From Patescibacteria group bacterium (GTDB lineage Bacteria > Patescibacteriota > Minisyncoccia > UBA6257 > 1-14-0-10-40-38), in contig JBBTRX010000002.1 in the NCBI GenBank assembly GCA_038064975.1, positions 64,880 to 128,879 of the forward strand: 64,000 bases of DNA, in the 5' to 3' direction. Position 1 is the stretch's first letter. Each line of letters begins with the position of its first letter. The translations under genes were made by a program, and so were the position numbers. The notes beneath the pieces were generated by a model. That model did not search any database. It was not told where the DNA came from and worked only from the letters and a program-made list of their open reading frames with translations. Of the stretch, positions 1-8,418 are shown piece after piece.

Positions 1-93
1 GCAATGGTTAGTATAGCCATCACCCGTGACAGGAGCGCCGCAGTGCTCGCAAATAAAATCCTCTGTAGTGCGCTGAAATCGTTTTGTGTCCAT
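1..93 (-). CDS. RNHCP-domain zinc-binding protein (partial, runs off window start)
   Basis: Manual translation MDTKRFQRTTEDFICEHCGAPVTGDGYTNHC; the F-x-C-x2-C...NHC pattern fits the RNHCP family. Confidence 0.7.
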   Translation of the reverse strand, partial: MDTKRFQRTTEDFICEHCGAPVTGDGYTNHC

Positions 94-105
94 GCCAAAA
101 AGAAA

Positions 106-471
106 TTAATTCTGTTCCTGATGGAGAGACAAAAAGAGCAATGCTCCCGCAAGACCAATATCCCGTACGCCGATGGGAGTGAGCCCTACTTCTATAACAA
201 TACCCGTCATGTGTAAGAAGAGTAAAAAAGCGATAACTCTCGTGGCTATACCAAGTGCTAAAAGTGAACCCAAAATTATTTCTGCCGCACCATTCAGATA
301 AATAAAAGTTACAGGATCAAAACCCACGTCTGTAATCCACGCAGGCACAAATCCCGTCCACGATTCCGGATTTAAAACTTGATTCAAACCAAACCACAGC
401 ATTACAAAACTTATCGTAAGTCGTAACACGAGTGGCGCGAAAGGAGAAAGTTTTGAAAATAGATTTGTCAT
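106..471 (-). CDS. DoxX family membrane protein
   Basis: 121 aa, about 4 TM segments, LRL...WFG and EIILG patterns. Confidence 0.8.
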   Translation of the reverse strand: MTNLFSKLSPFAPLVLRLTISFVMLWFGLNQVLNPESWTGFVPAWITDVGFDPVTFIYLNGAAEIILGSLLALGIATRVIAFLLFLHMTGIVIEVGLTPIGVRDIGLAGALLFLSLHQEQN

Positions 472-595
472 AATTATTAGTTAGAACTCTTTTCCTAGGT
501 TCAAAATAGGCTACATTCCAGAAAAACTCAAGCTATCGGAAAAGTAGCTATTCATAAAGGATTCATTTACAACACCCTATCATTTCTATAACTAT

Positions 596-1057
596 ATGGG
601 ATTCCCTAGAAAAATTCCTCTCGCACAAAAAGTAAAATGGCAGGCAGACAATGGCGATGGCGTAGCCGGGATATCCTTCTCTAATGAAGGTAATGATACG
701 GAGGACTTTATTCCCTGGGAATTACTTCAGCCAGAGCTAAACCGTGAGTTGCTTACCAAACTCTTTGCAAACCCGCAGGGCTATACATTTGAAGTACACG
801 ATCATCACGGAAAAAAGAATTGGGTTATGATTGTGGTTGATAGTTCAGAAAATGAAATATGCGACGTGTGGTTTGGCGGAGATCCGGACAACGGCTGGGG
901 TTTCGACGGCTTAATCCGCGTAGGAAACGCACTCGCAAAAGAACCACCCCATGTCTGGCAAATCTATCAGCGATATTCCGACGGAACGTATCAGCGTTTG
1001 CCGAGCCGCTATGGATCTCTGGAAAAAGTTCCATCCACGGAAAAGAAAAAGGTATAG
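596..1057 (+). CDS. Hypothetical protein
   Basis: 153 aa ORF in gene-dense context, no family recognised. Confidence 0.55.
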   Translation: MGFPRKIPLAQKVKWQADNGDGVAGISFSNEGNDTEDFIPWELLQPELNRELLTKLFANPQGYTFEVHDHHGKKNWVMIVVDSSENEICDVWFGGDPDNGWGFDGLIRVGNALAKEPPHVWQIYQRYSDGTYQRLPSRYGSLEKVPSTEKKKV

Positions 1058-1111
1058 AAAGCTTTTCATAACCATGAAGGCCAATGCTATAATTCTCAAA
1101 TACTCCCCCAC

Positions 1112-1717
1112 ATGGAATTCAACGAACTCCCCCTTTCCTTGGAATGGCTTAGCCCACTCAGTACTATTTTCACGAGCTATCCGTATGCCTTTCTATTTGT
1201 AGGATTGCTCATCGGAGGAGAGACCATCCTCCTGCCCGCTCTTTATTTAGGGATGACGGGAGTATTTAATACTCTATATGTAGTCCTCGTGATGATTGTC
1301 GCCACTATCATATCTGACATTTTTTGGTATGCACTTGGGCGCGGAGCGGTACCTACGACGCTTAAACATTTCTTCAAAAATAAATTAGCATCACAGGCGG
1401 ATCGCCTTCATGAGGCAATACAAGGAAAAGAACTGTTGATTTTATTTTTTTCTAAATTTGTATACGGAACACGCATTGCAGCACAAGTATTATGCGGCAT
1501 ACGCAAAGTCTCTTTTTGGCGTTACCTCGGTGTAAATATCGCCGGCGTTCTCGCCCTCGCAGCTGCATATGTGCTTATTATCCGTACAGCTTTTATATTT
1601 TCTTATAATGCACAAAGCTTACAGAATAAATTTGCGATAATCGCATCCATTTTGATTCCATCATTGGTAGTCTTACATCTTATATTCAAGAGAATAATCA
1701 AGCGAGAAGAAGTATGA
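1112..1717 (+). CDS. DedA/VTT family membrane protein
   Basis: D-x3-Y-x-LGR and SKFVYGTR motifs, hydrophobic. Confidence 0.8.
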   Translation: MEFNELPLSLEWLSPLSTIFTSYPYAFLFVGLLIGGETILLPALYLGMTGVFNTLYVVLVMIVATIISDIFWYALGRGAVPTTLKHFFKNKLASQADRLHEAIQGKELLILFFSKFVYGTRIAAQVLCGIRKVSFWRYLGVNIAGVLALAAAYVLIIRTAFIFSYNAQSLQNKFAIIASILIPSLVVLHLIFKRIIKREEV

Positions 1718-2397
1718 TATCCGCAATTATTCCTGCGTTTAATGAGGAAAGTACAATTGCAGAAGTTGTTACTTCAGTTATTGGGCATCCTGATGTTAAT
1801 GAGGTCATCGTCGTAAACGATGGTTCAACCGATACCACAGAAGCTCGAGCACGTGAAGCAGGAGCAAAAGTGATCACGCTCACAAAAAATAAAGGCAAGG
1901 GAGAGTCTATGGAGGTAGGAGTCCGTAGCGCCAAGAACGATATTATTTTATTTATGGACGCAGACGTAACAGGATTCACTCATGAAAAAATATCAAGAAT
2001 AATAAATCCGGTAATAAACGGCAGGTATAAAATGTTTGTAGGAGTACGGGCACGAAGCATTATATTTTTTAACCGCTATTTTCGTCTTTTCCCAATCCTT
2101 TCCGGTGAGCGAGCGCTCGTAAAATCATTATGGTATGAGGTGCCACTGAATGACAAAAGAGGATTTAAAATAGAGATCGCTCTTAATTATGCTTCTAAAC
2201 AAACTGATCTTGGTATGGGCTTTACTCTTATAGGTGGCATTAAACATCTAATCAAAGAGAAAAAATATAAGTTTTTTGATGGATTCTCAAGAAGAATATA
2301 TATGATTTTCGATGTCCTGAGTATTTCTATAAAGCTTTACGTAATTAAGCCCTTCCTAAAAAAAGTAGATAGAGTATTAAGAACTCTAAATGCATAA
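1714..2397 (+). CDS. Glycosyltransferase family 2
   Basis: IIPAFNEE, VNDGSTD, NKGKG and DAD motifs. Confidence 0.9.
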   Translation: MISAIIPAFNEESTIAEVVTSVIGHPDVNEVIVVNDGSTDTTEARAREAGAKVITLTKNKGKGESMEVGVRSAKNDIILFMDADVTGFTHEKISRIINPVINGRYKMFVGVRARSIIFFNRYFRLFPILSGERALVKSLWYEVPLNDKRGFKIEIALNYASKQTDLGMGFTLIGGIKHLIKEKKYKFFDGFSRRIYMIFDVLSISIKLYVIKPFLKKVDRVLRTLNA

Positions 2398-2413
2398 TAA
2401 GAAATTTCTAATG

Positions 2414-2484
2414 TGGACCCAGGGAGAATCGGACTCCCGTCTCGTCATTGCGAACGACGCGTCTTGCCACTGGACCATGGGCCC
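2414..2484 (-). tRNA. tRNA-Ala(CGC)
   Basis: Cloverleaf GGGCCCA...TGGGTCCA with G3:U70; anticodon arm CGTCG-TT-CGC-AA-TGACG; T-loop reads TCCGATT. Confidence 0.85.
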
Positions 2485-2682
2485 ATTGTATGGGGATGCT
2501 ATGGCGAAATATAGTATGGGATAAAAATGTGCGCCTGGACTTTATCCGGCTTTGCCGGAACTGAACCAGGGACCCTTTTAAACTTCACTTATAGTACAAA
2601 ATCTGACGCCAAGAATCCAGTAATTACAAAAATTATTAAAAAAGAAAGCTCCGATCCGCGCGAACGCGAACTGGAGCTCTGA

Positions 2683-3042
2683 CTACTCATCATTGAGTAG
2701 GTTAGGAATTCTTTTTTGCCTCCGCTTCTTCAGGTACGCCATGCCAGAAACGATAAGGATTGAACCCCAGAACACAGCCAAGACCATGTAATTGTTCCAA
2801 TCCTCAAGATTCCGCTCCCCCTCAATCCCAAGTTTTGAGAACAAAGGATAAGAGAGATACTTCGTCAGAGGTCCAAGAAGAAGTGCTGGTAGGAAAAAGA
2901 CAAATATCACGATGAGGAACAGCACTAGAGTCCCCAGTATGTTTTCCAGACAACCCCCCTTCTCATATGATTCAAATCTTTCTTCCAAGCCCTGCACCCT
3001 TGTTTCAAGGTCATCTTGCTCTGTCATTACATCCTCCTCCAC
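2683..3042 (-). CDS. Hypothetical membrane protein (start probably at MTEQDD)
   Basis: Two TM segments, GGAGG RBS, own promoter-like region and downstream terminator (~2640-2680). Confidence 0.6.
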   Translation of the reverse strand: MEEDVMTEQDDLETRVQGLEERFESYEKGGCLENILGTLVLFLIVIFVFFLPALLLGPLTKYLSYPLFSKLGIEGERNLEDWNNYMVLAVFWGSILIVSGMAYLKKRRQKRIPNLLNDE

Positions 3043-3124
3043 ATGTTAGGATCGTGATGAGAAGCACGCTTGTTTGAGAACTTTTTTAATAATAGCACAT
3101 CTAATATATTTGTCAAGTTCTAGC

Positions 3125-4594
3125 TTAAAGCCGTTGGAAAAGAGGCTCTCCTTTTTTGATAGTGAGCGGATGCACTTTGGGAGTGCGAAGCTGTGCGATT
3201 GTAAGACCAAATCTACTTACTATATTTTCGGCAGTTTCCGGCAAAAAGATATGTAAGATATTGGCAATATTCAAAATAAGAGAAGCAAGGTCGGCAAGAA
3301 TAATTTTCTGGTCGTCTCCCGATTTCTCCCATGGTTTTGTTTCGTTTACATACTTATCCCCCAGTGCAACGAGCTGCCATACTGCCTCAATCGCGAGATG
3401 GAATGCGTACTTTTCTAATGCCTCGCGAACTGCTTCCTTTACACGCTTCACTTCAGGCTCAAAGACACCAGTCGCAATCGTAATGTCCGTGAGGTGTGCA
3501 GACTCTCCCAGTGTCGTCACGCGTTGTACAAGATTACCCACACCGTTTGCAAGATCAGCGTTATAGATTTCTTTGAATCGTGCCTCGCTCCAATCCCCGT
3601 CTTCATACGCATGGATTCCGCGCAAAAGAAAATATCGCACAGCATCCGTGCCATACTTTTCTGTAAGATCAATTGGGTTTACCGTATTGCCGAGCGACTT
3701 AGAAATTTTCTGTCCCTCGTGCGTAATGAATCCGTGAATAAAAATTTGTTGCGACGGTGGGAGTTTTGCCGAGAGTAACATTGCCTGCCACATTGCGGAT
3801 TGCTGGCGCAGATTATCTTTTCCCGCAACCTGCACTCCGGGCCAGAACTGTTTAAACTTTGAAGTATCATCGGGCCAGCCGAGAGCTGACACGTAATTTA
3901 CAAGCGCATCAAACCACACATACATCACATGATCTTCGTCCCCCGGCACGGGTACGCCCCATGGCATTTTTGATTTCAACCGTGAAACACTGAAATCATC
4001 CAATCCGCGCTCAACGAATTTTTTGATTTCATTCAAGCGAAAATCCGGCACCACAAAATCCGGATGTTTCGCATACAACTCTAACAACGGTTTTTCATAT
4101 TTAGAAAACCGGAAAAAGTAATTCTCTTCTTCAATAAATTCAATATCCTGATTGGGATGGATAGCGCAGCGGTTATTCACGAGCTCAGATTCTGTCTTTT
4201 CCAATTCACACCCCACGCAATATTTAGTGGTATATATTTTTTTATAAATATCTCCGCTCTTCTCACATCGTTTCCAAAATTCTTGCGCGGCAGCAACATG
4301 GTGCGGATCAGTCGTGCGGATAAAATTGGTATAGCTTACGTTAAGCGCGTTCTTGAGCAAATCAAATTTCGCGGCATATTCATTAACATATACCTGCGGA
4401 TCTTTTTTCTCTTCAAGCGCTTTCCGATAGATTTTGAGCCCATGTTCGTCCGTACCGGTATTAAAAAATATTTCCTCGCCCCGAGACTGGTGCAGGCGCG
4501 CGATAACGTCCGCTTGGACAAGCTCAAGAGCGAATCCGATGTGCGGATCCGCATTCACGTACGGAAGTGTAGTTGTAATATAGAACTTCTCCAT
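3125..4594 (-). CDS. metG: Methionine--tRNA ligase
   Basis: FYITTTLPYVNADPHIG, GTDEHG, YVWFDAL, KISKS. Confidence 0.97.
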   Translation of the reverse strand: MEKFYITTTLPYVNADPHIGFALELVQADVIARLHQSRGEEIFFNTGTDEHGLKIYRKALEEKKDPQVYVNEYAAKFDLLKNALNVSYTNFIRTTDPHHVAAAQEFWKRCEKSGDIYKKIYTTKYCVGCELEKTESELVNNRCAIHPNQDIEFIEEENYFFRFSKYEKPLLELYAKHPDFVVPDFRLNEIKKFVERGLDDFSVSRLKSKMPWGVPVPGDEDHVMYVWFDALVNYVSALGWPDDTSKFKQFWPGVQVAGKDNLRQQSAMWQAMLLSAKLPPSQQIFIHGFITHEGQKISKSLGNTVNPIDLTEKYGTDAVRYFLLRGIHAYEDGDWSEARFKEIYNADLANGVGNLVQRVTTLGESAHLTDITIATGVFEPEVKRVKEAVREALEKYAFHLAIEAVWQLVALGDKYVNETKPWEKSGDDQKIILADLASLILNIANILHIFLPETAENIVSRFGLTIAQLRTPKVHPLTIKKGEPLFQRL

Positions 4595-4629
4595 AACAAA
4601 CCAATCCTAGCGCGGAACTTCCTCTCGCG

Positions 4630-5244
4630 CTATTTCTTATTATTCCATTTCCGCAGTTTCGGATTTCTATTCACAAACCACTTATCTTTCTCGTCAAACC
4701 ACCATGCATCCGGATGCGTCGTGAGCAGTAACTTTCCAAGCTGTTTTCCCGCGGGAGTTTTAAGCCGTTCATACGCAGTCTTACCCCAAACTTTCGCTTT
4801 CTTATTCCCTTTCACTTCTTCTTCCCGCATCGTCGCGAGCCATTCTAAAGTATCCGCTTCTTTCGCAATTTTTCCTTCCAGCGTTGTTTTCGCTTGCTCC
4901 TCAATGTACGCCTCACGGATTTCGTTTCCAAACGGCAAGCTCTTTGCGATATCTTCCACCGCCTGATTTTCTGCCAAACGTCCGTATTTCTGGTGTACGT
5001 AGTTTAGATCAGATGTTCTTCCCTCTCCTAAGTCATGCATAAGGCAGAGAAAGATAATGCGATGCATATCAGCTTTCGGAACAATTTTAGAAAGAAGATA
5101 ACCGATAAAAACCGTGCGAAGAGTGTGTTCCGCAACCGATTGCTGTCCTGTCCCTAAAAACCATAATCCTGATCGCGGCGTTTTCGCGAGAATGCCGGTT
5201 TCATAAATAAAGTTAGTGATTGATTCTAAATCTTTTTTCTTCAT
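4630..5244 (-). CDS. HD-domain hydrolase (YfbR-like 5'-deoxynucleotidase family)
   Basis: R-x-G...SVAEH...HDLGE...D motifs. Confidence 0.85.
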   Translation of the reverse strand: MKKKDLESITNFIYETGILAKTPRSGLWFLGTGQQSVAEHTLRTVFIGYLLSKIVPKADMHRIIFLCLMHDLGEGRTSDLNYVHQKYGRLAENQAVEDIAKSLPFGNEIREAYIEEQAKTTLEGKIAKEADTLEWLATMREEEVKGNKKAKVWGKTAYERLKTPAGKQLGKLLLTTHPDAWWFDEKDKWFVNRNPKLRKWNNKK

Positions 5245-5251
5245 TTTTTTA

Positions 5252-5380
5252 TTCTGTCGGGGTGCCGGGAGATCTCACGTCGTCCGGCAATGCCGGACTC
5301 CTTGAAACCCAGCGGTTTCAACAACTTCCGCATCGGGAAAACTCCCGATTTTTCCGACCCCTTTCCCGTTCGATTTTCCG
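5252..5380 (-). repeat. tRNA-anchored element, core type 1, downstream of tRNA-Pro
   Basis: 19-bp duplicate of the tRNA 3' end/trailer (5252-5270 = 5436-5454), shared hairpin core, inverted GTTCGATT at 5368-5375. Confidence 0.9.
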
Positions 5381-5440
5381 AAAAGGATTTTTATTATCAT
5401 ATCACGCCGCACACTGGATTAATGGCGATTATCTGTTCTG

Positions 5441-5511
5441 TCGGGGTGCCGGGAATCGAACCCGGCCTTTACGCACCCGAAGCGTACGTACTGCCGATAT
5501 ACTACACCCCG
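5441..5511 (-). tRNA. tRNA-Pro(CGG)
   Basis: CGGGGTG...CACCCCGA; anticodon arm TACGC-TT-CGG-GT-GCGTA. Confidence 0.93.
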
Positions 5512-5599
5512 CCTTCACTAAAGTTACGGCGGGCAGGCCCGCTTTCGCCTTGGCATCCACTATAGATTACCCTTATAGCTATTGGCTAGTCCCTAGTGA

Positions 5600-7078
5600 T
5601 TACTTAACAAAATATTTCTTCTTGATCTCCTCATCGATGCGATGCTGCGCAGCGGATGCACTTTCTTTTGCCTTTCGTGCAAAATCCTCAAGCTCCTTAT
5701 CGGTCATCTTGCCCAATTCCTGAATTCTCTTTTCCAACACCTTTTTAGTATTGTATTTTGGATCTTCCAAAACTTCTTCCAAAAGCACCGCAAGAATTTT
5801 TCCAATCCGCGGTCCAGGAGACATCTTAAGGACGCGCATCACGTCTTCTCCATTCGCCTTCAACATCTTCGGGCTTACTGGATCTTTCTGTACTTTCTCA
5901 ATCATCGCGCGCAGATAGCGTAATCGATACGGTTGAGCCTTGGGCACACCGGATCCGATGCGATCCGCTTCGCGAAGTTTTAAAAGCGCATCTACATTGT
6001 CTTTACCAACACGCGCAATAAGCCGGCGTACACCCGCAAGAGTTACCGCTTCTGGATCGTATACAAACATATGCTCGCGCACTAAGAGAGCTACAGTCTC
6101 CGTAAGCGTTTTTGAGAAACGGAGGCGATCCATAATAGTTGCCGTCATCCGTTCGCCAACAACTTGATGTCCGTAAAAGGTAGAGTCCGGTCCATCCCCT
6201 TTTTTTGAACGCGGCTTTCCAACGTCATGAAAAAGTGACGCAAGGCGGATATGGAGCGGAAACCGTTCTGCTACCGCGTATTCCAATGATCGAAGATTAT
6301 GTTCAAAGACAGTATAGATATGATGCTTGTTTTGCGTTACGCTGATCCCCTCTTCAATTTCAGGAGCGATATGAATGAGAAGTTTGTGTGCGAGAAGCAT
6401 ACGCACACCCTCTGCAGCACGGTCGGTCAGCATGAGTTTTGTAAACTCATCGCGTATACGTTCCTTGGAAACATATGCCAAAAGCCCGCTCTGTTTTGTA
6501 ATCGCTTGTGCGGTCTTTTCTTCGATCGCAAATCCAAGCTGCGCACTAAACCGAATCGCCCGCAAAAGACGAAGAGCGTCTTCTTCAAATCGCTGCTCAG
6601 CCTTTCCTACGGCGCGAATAATTTTTTTCTTTAAATCTTCCTGTCCGTGATAAGGATCAACAATCAACTCTCTACTTGCATCGGTTATTTTTAATGCCAT
6701 CGCATTCACTGTAAAATCTCTGCGCGAGAGATCTTCTTCTATTGTAGAAGCGAAAGTTACCTCGTCTGGGTGACGCTTGTCACTATATTTCCCTTCAATA
6801 CGAAATGTCGTAACTTCAATTACTTTTAGTTTTGGATCTTCCGAATCCGTTTTTACTCCCACGGTGCCAAATTCATTTTCATATACTGAATCTGAGAATA
6901 ACTTTTGAATTTCTTCTGGCTTTGCATTCGTTGCGACGTCCCAGTCACTCGGACCTTCCGCAGGAGAATTCTCCATCATAATGTCCCGAACGCATCCGCC
7001 CACAAGATACGCATCAAAACCGCCCTCGTTTAAGCGTTCGGCGATCATTTTTACCTCTTTTGGGATGCGGCTTTTCAT
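5600..7078 (-). CDS. cca: CCA tRNA nucleotidyltransferase with HD domain
   Basis: LVGGCVRD, DWDVAT, RRDFTVNA, EDALRLLRA, HDVGK. Confidence 0.9.
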   Translation of the reverse strand: MKSRIPKEVKMIAERLNEGGFDAYLVGGCVRDIMMENSPAEGPSDWDVATNAKPEEIQKLFSDSVYENEFGTVGVKTDSEDPKLKVIEVTTFRIEGKYSDKRHPDEVTFASTIEEDLSRRDFTVNAMALKITDASRELIVDPYHGQEDLKKKIIRAVGKAEQRFEEDALRLLRAIRFSAQLGFAIEEKTAQAITKQSGLLAYVSKERIRDEFTKLMLTDRAAEGVRMLLAHKLLIHIAPEIEEGISVTQNKHHIYTVFEHNLRSLEYAVAERFPLHIRLASLFHDVGKPRSKKGDGPDSTFYGHQVVGERMTATIMDRLRFSKTLTETVALLVREHMFVYDPEAVTLAGVRRLIARVGKDNVDALLKLREADRIGSGVPKAQPYRLRYLRAMIEKVQKDPVSPKMLKANGEDVMRVLKMSPGPRIGKILAVLLEEVLEDPKYNTKKVLEKRIQELGKMTDKELEDFARKAKESASAAQHRIDEEIKKKYFVK

Positions 7079-7122
7079 ATCTACGATAATACGGGAAAAT
7101 CAGAATTGACTCCAGAGCATAG

Positions 7123-7154
7123 AAAAAGCGCCCTCACAAAAGGGCGCTTTTTTT
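7123..7154. terminator. Rho-independent terminator
   Basis: AAAAAAGCGCCCT-cacaa-AAGGGCGCTTTTTTT. Confidence 0.7.
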
Positions 7155-7194
7155 AGCCTTATTCCGCCGGCTTGCGAATTTACCTTTTACAAAA

Positions 7195-7674
7195 CTACTG
7201 ATTCTTAATCTCCAATTTTCTTGCTTTTGCCCGATTTCGTTTAGGAAGCTTTATTTTTAAAACTCCGTTTTTGATCGTTGCCTCTGCGCCTTCAGGATCA
7301 ACTTCTTCCGGCAAAGAAACTGAACGAGCGAACTTTCCCCAATAGCATTCATGGTAAACATAATCTTCGTGACGTACGTCATGCTCCCGCTCTCGCTTTC
7401 CTCGGATCGTAATCCCATCCGCAGTAATCACGACATCAATATCTTCAGGATCAACTCCGGCAATCGGCGACTCAACGATAACGTCTCCCCCTTTGTTATA
7501 TACATCAATCGTAAGCTGCCCCTCATCTTCACCGATATGCGGATCAGAAGTCACATCTATTTCCGTTTTTACTTTTGTTGCCGACGCGCGCGTAAGACCA
7601 ATATCAAAAGGCGCCGGAGGTATTTCGGAGCTCGCACGTAATTCTTCTAAAAATTTTCTTGTTTCGTCGCTCAT
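7195..7674 (-). CDS. Hsp20/alpha-crystallin small heat shock protein
   Basis: GKFARSVSLP, ATIKNGVLKIKLPK. Confidence 0.92.
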   Translation of the reverse strand: MSDETRKFLEELRASSEIPPAPFDIGLTRASATKVKTEIDVTSDPHIGEDEGQLTIDVYNKGGDVIVESPIAGVDPEDIDVVITADGITIRGKREREHDVRHEDYVYHECYWGKFARSVSLPEEVDPEGAEATIKNGVLKIKLPKRNRAKARKLEIKNQ

Positions 7675-7680
7675 GTTGTA

Positions 7681-8397
7681 TTACGCGTCTTCTTTTTTTA
7701 ATTTTTCAAAATCATTGAGCAGGAAGAAAGCGAGGATGACCACAAAGAGAATCGCGATACTCGCAGGTCCAGACATAATTATAAGTTTATTAAAGATTGC
7801 ATGCAATACAGTCGCAAGCCCCAGACCGGCAAAAAGAATATGAAATTCACTCTTATGAACGAGTAAAAATTCTCCCTTGCTCCGTATGAACGCGTGTGCC
7901 CAATAATAGCCAACAATGCCGGACGCAAGCGTATGCAAAAGAGTTGCACCGATTGCGCGGAGTGTGATTGCCTCAAATATCGCGATATTAAATACCGTAC
8001 CGTTCGCGACATTGATGACGGATGCTACGTTTTCCACCGCGGCAAAGCCAAGTCCTGCAACAATCATATAAATCATCGCGTCTAACGGCTCATCAAATTC
8101 CCGCCGCTTATGAATAAAAAGCAGAACAGTAAAAAATTTTGTGAGTTCTTCCGTAAACGCGAGAAAAACGAACGCCGTAAAGCTATGCCCGTCTATACCC
8201 GCACTCATAATGGTCCTGCTCAAAAAAAGCTGGATGGGAATTAGCGCGAGCGTCATGAGCCCGCTTACAAGAAACGTAAAGAGAATCAGCCGCTTCGGTT
8301 CCGGATGCTTATAATCTTCCCGCAAATAAAAGAGGAGCCAAACAAAACTTGGGATGAGTCCGAGAAATATCAATGTCGTGTTAACGAGAACCGGCAT
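7681..8397 (-). CDS. PrsW family intramembrane metalloprotease
   Basis: EELTK, GLGFAAVEN, two conserved His (LLH, LHAIFN). Confidence 0.9.
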   Translation of the reverse strand: MPVLVNTTLIFLGLIPSFVWLLFYLREDYKHPEPKRLILFTFLVSGLMTLALIPIQLFLSRTIMSAGIDGHSFTAFVFLAFTEELTKFFTVLLFIHKRREFDEPLDAMIYMIVAGLGFAAVENVASVINVANGTVFNIAIFEAITLRAIGATLLHTLASGIVGYYWAHAFIRSKGEFLLVHKSEFHILFAGLGLATVLHAIFNKLIIMSGPASIAILFVVILAFFLLNDFEKLKKEDA

Positions 8398-8418
8398 GAA
8401 GAGCGTATGCTCTTTATC

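Noticed and set aside
5220-5723. Similar short ORFs at 5220, 13845, 25910 and 59586 (LTSSGSAGLFETQRFQQLP...)
   Set aside because: Spurious translations of the repeat core in inconsistent frames, overlapping tRNAs
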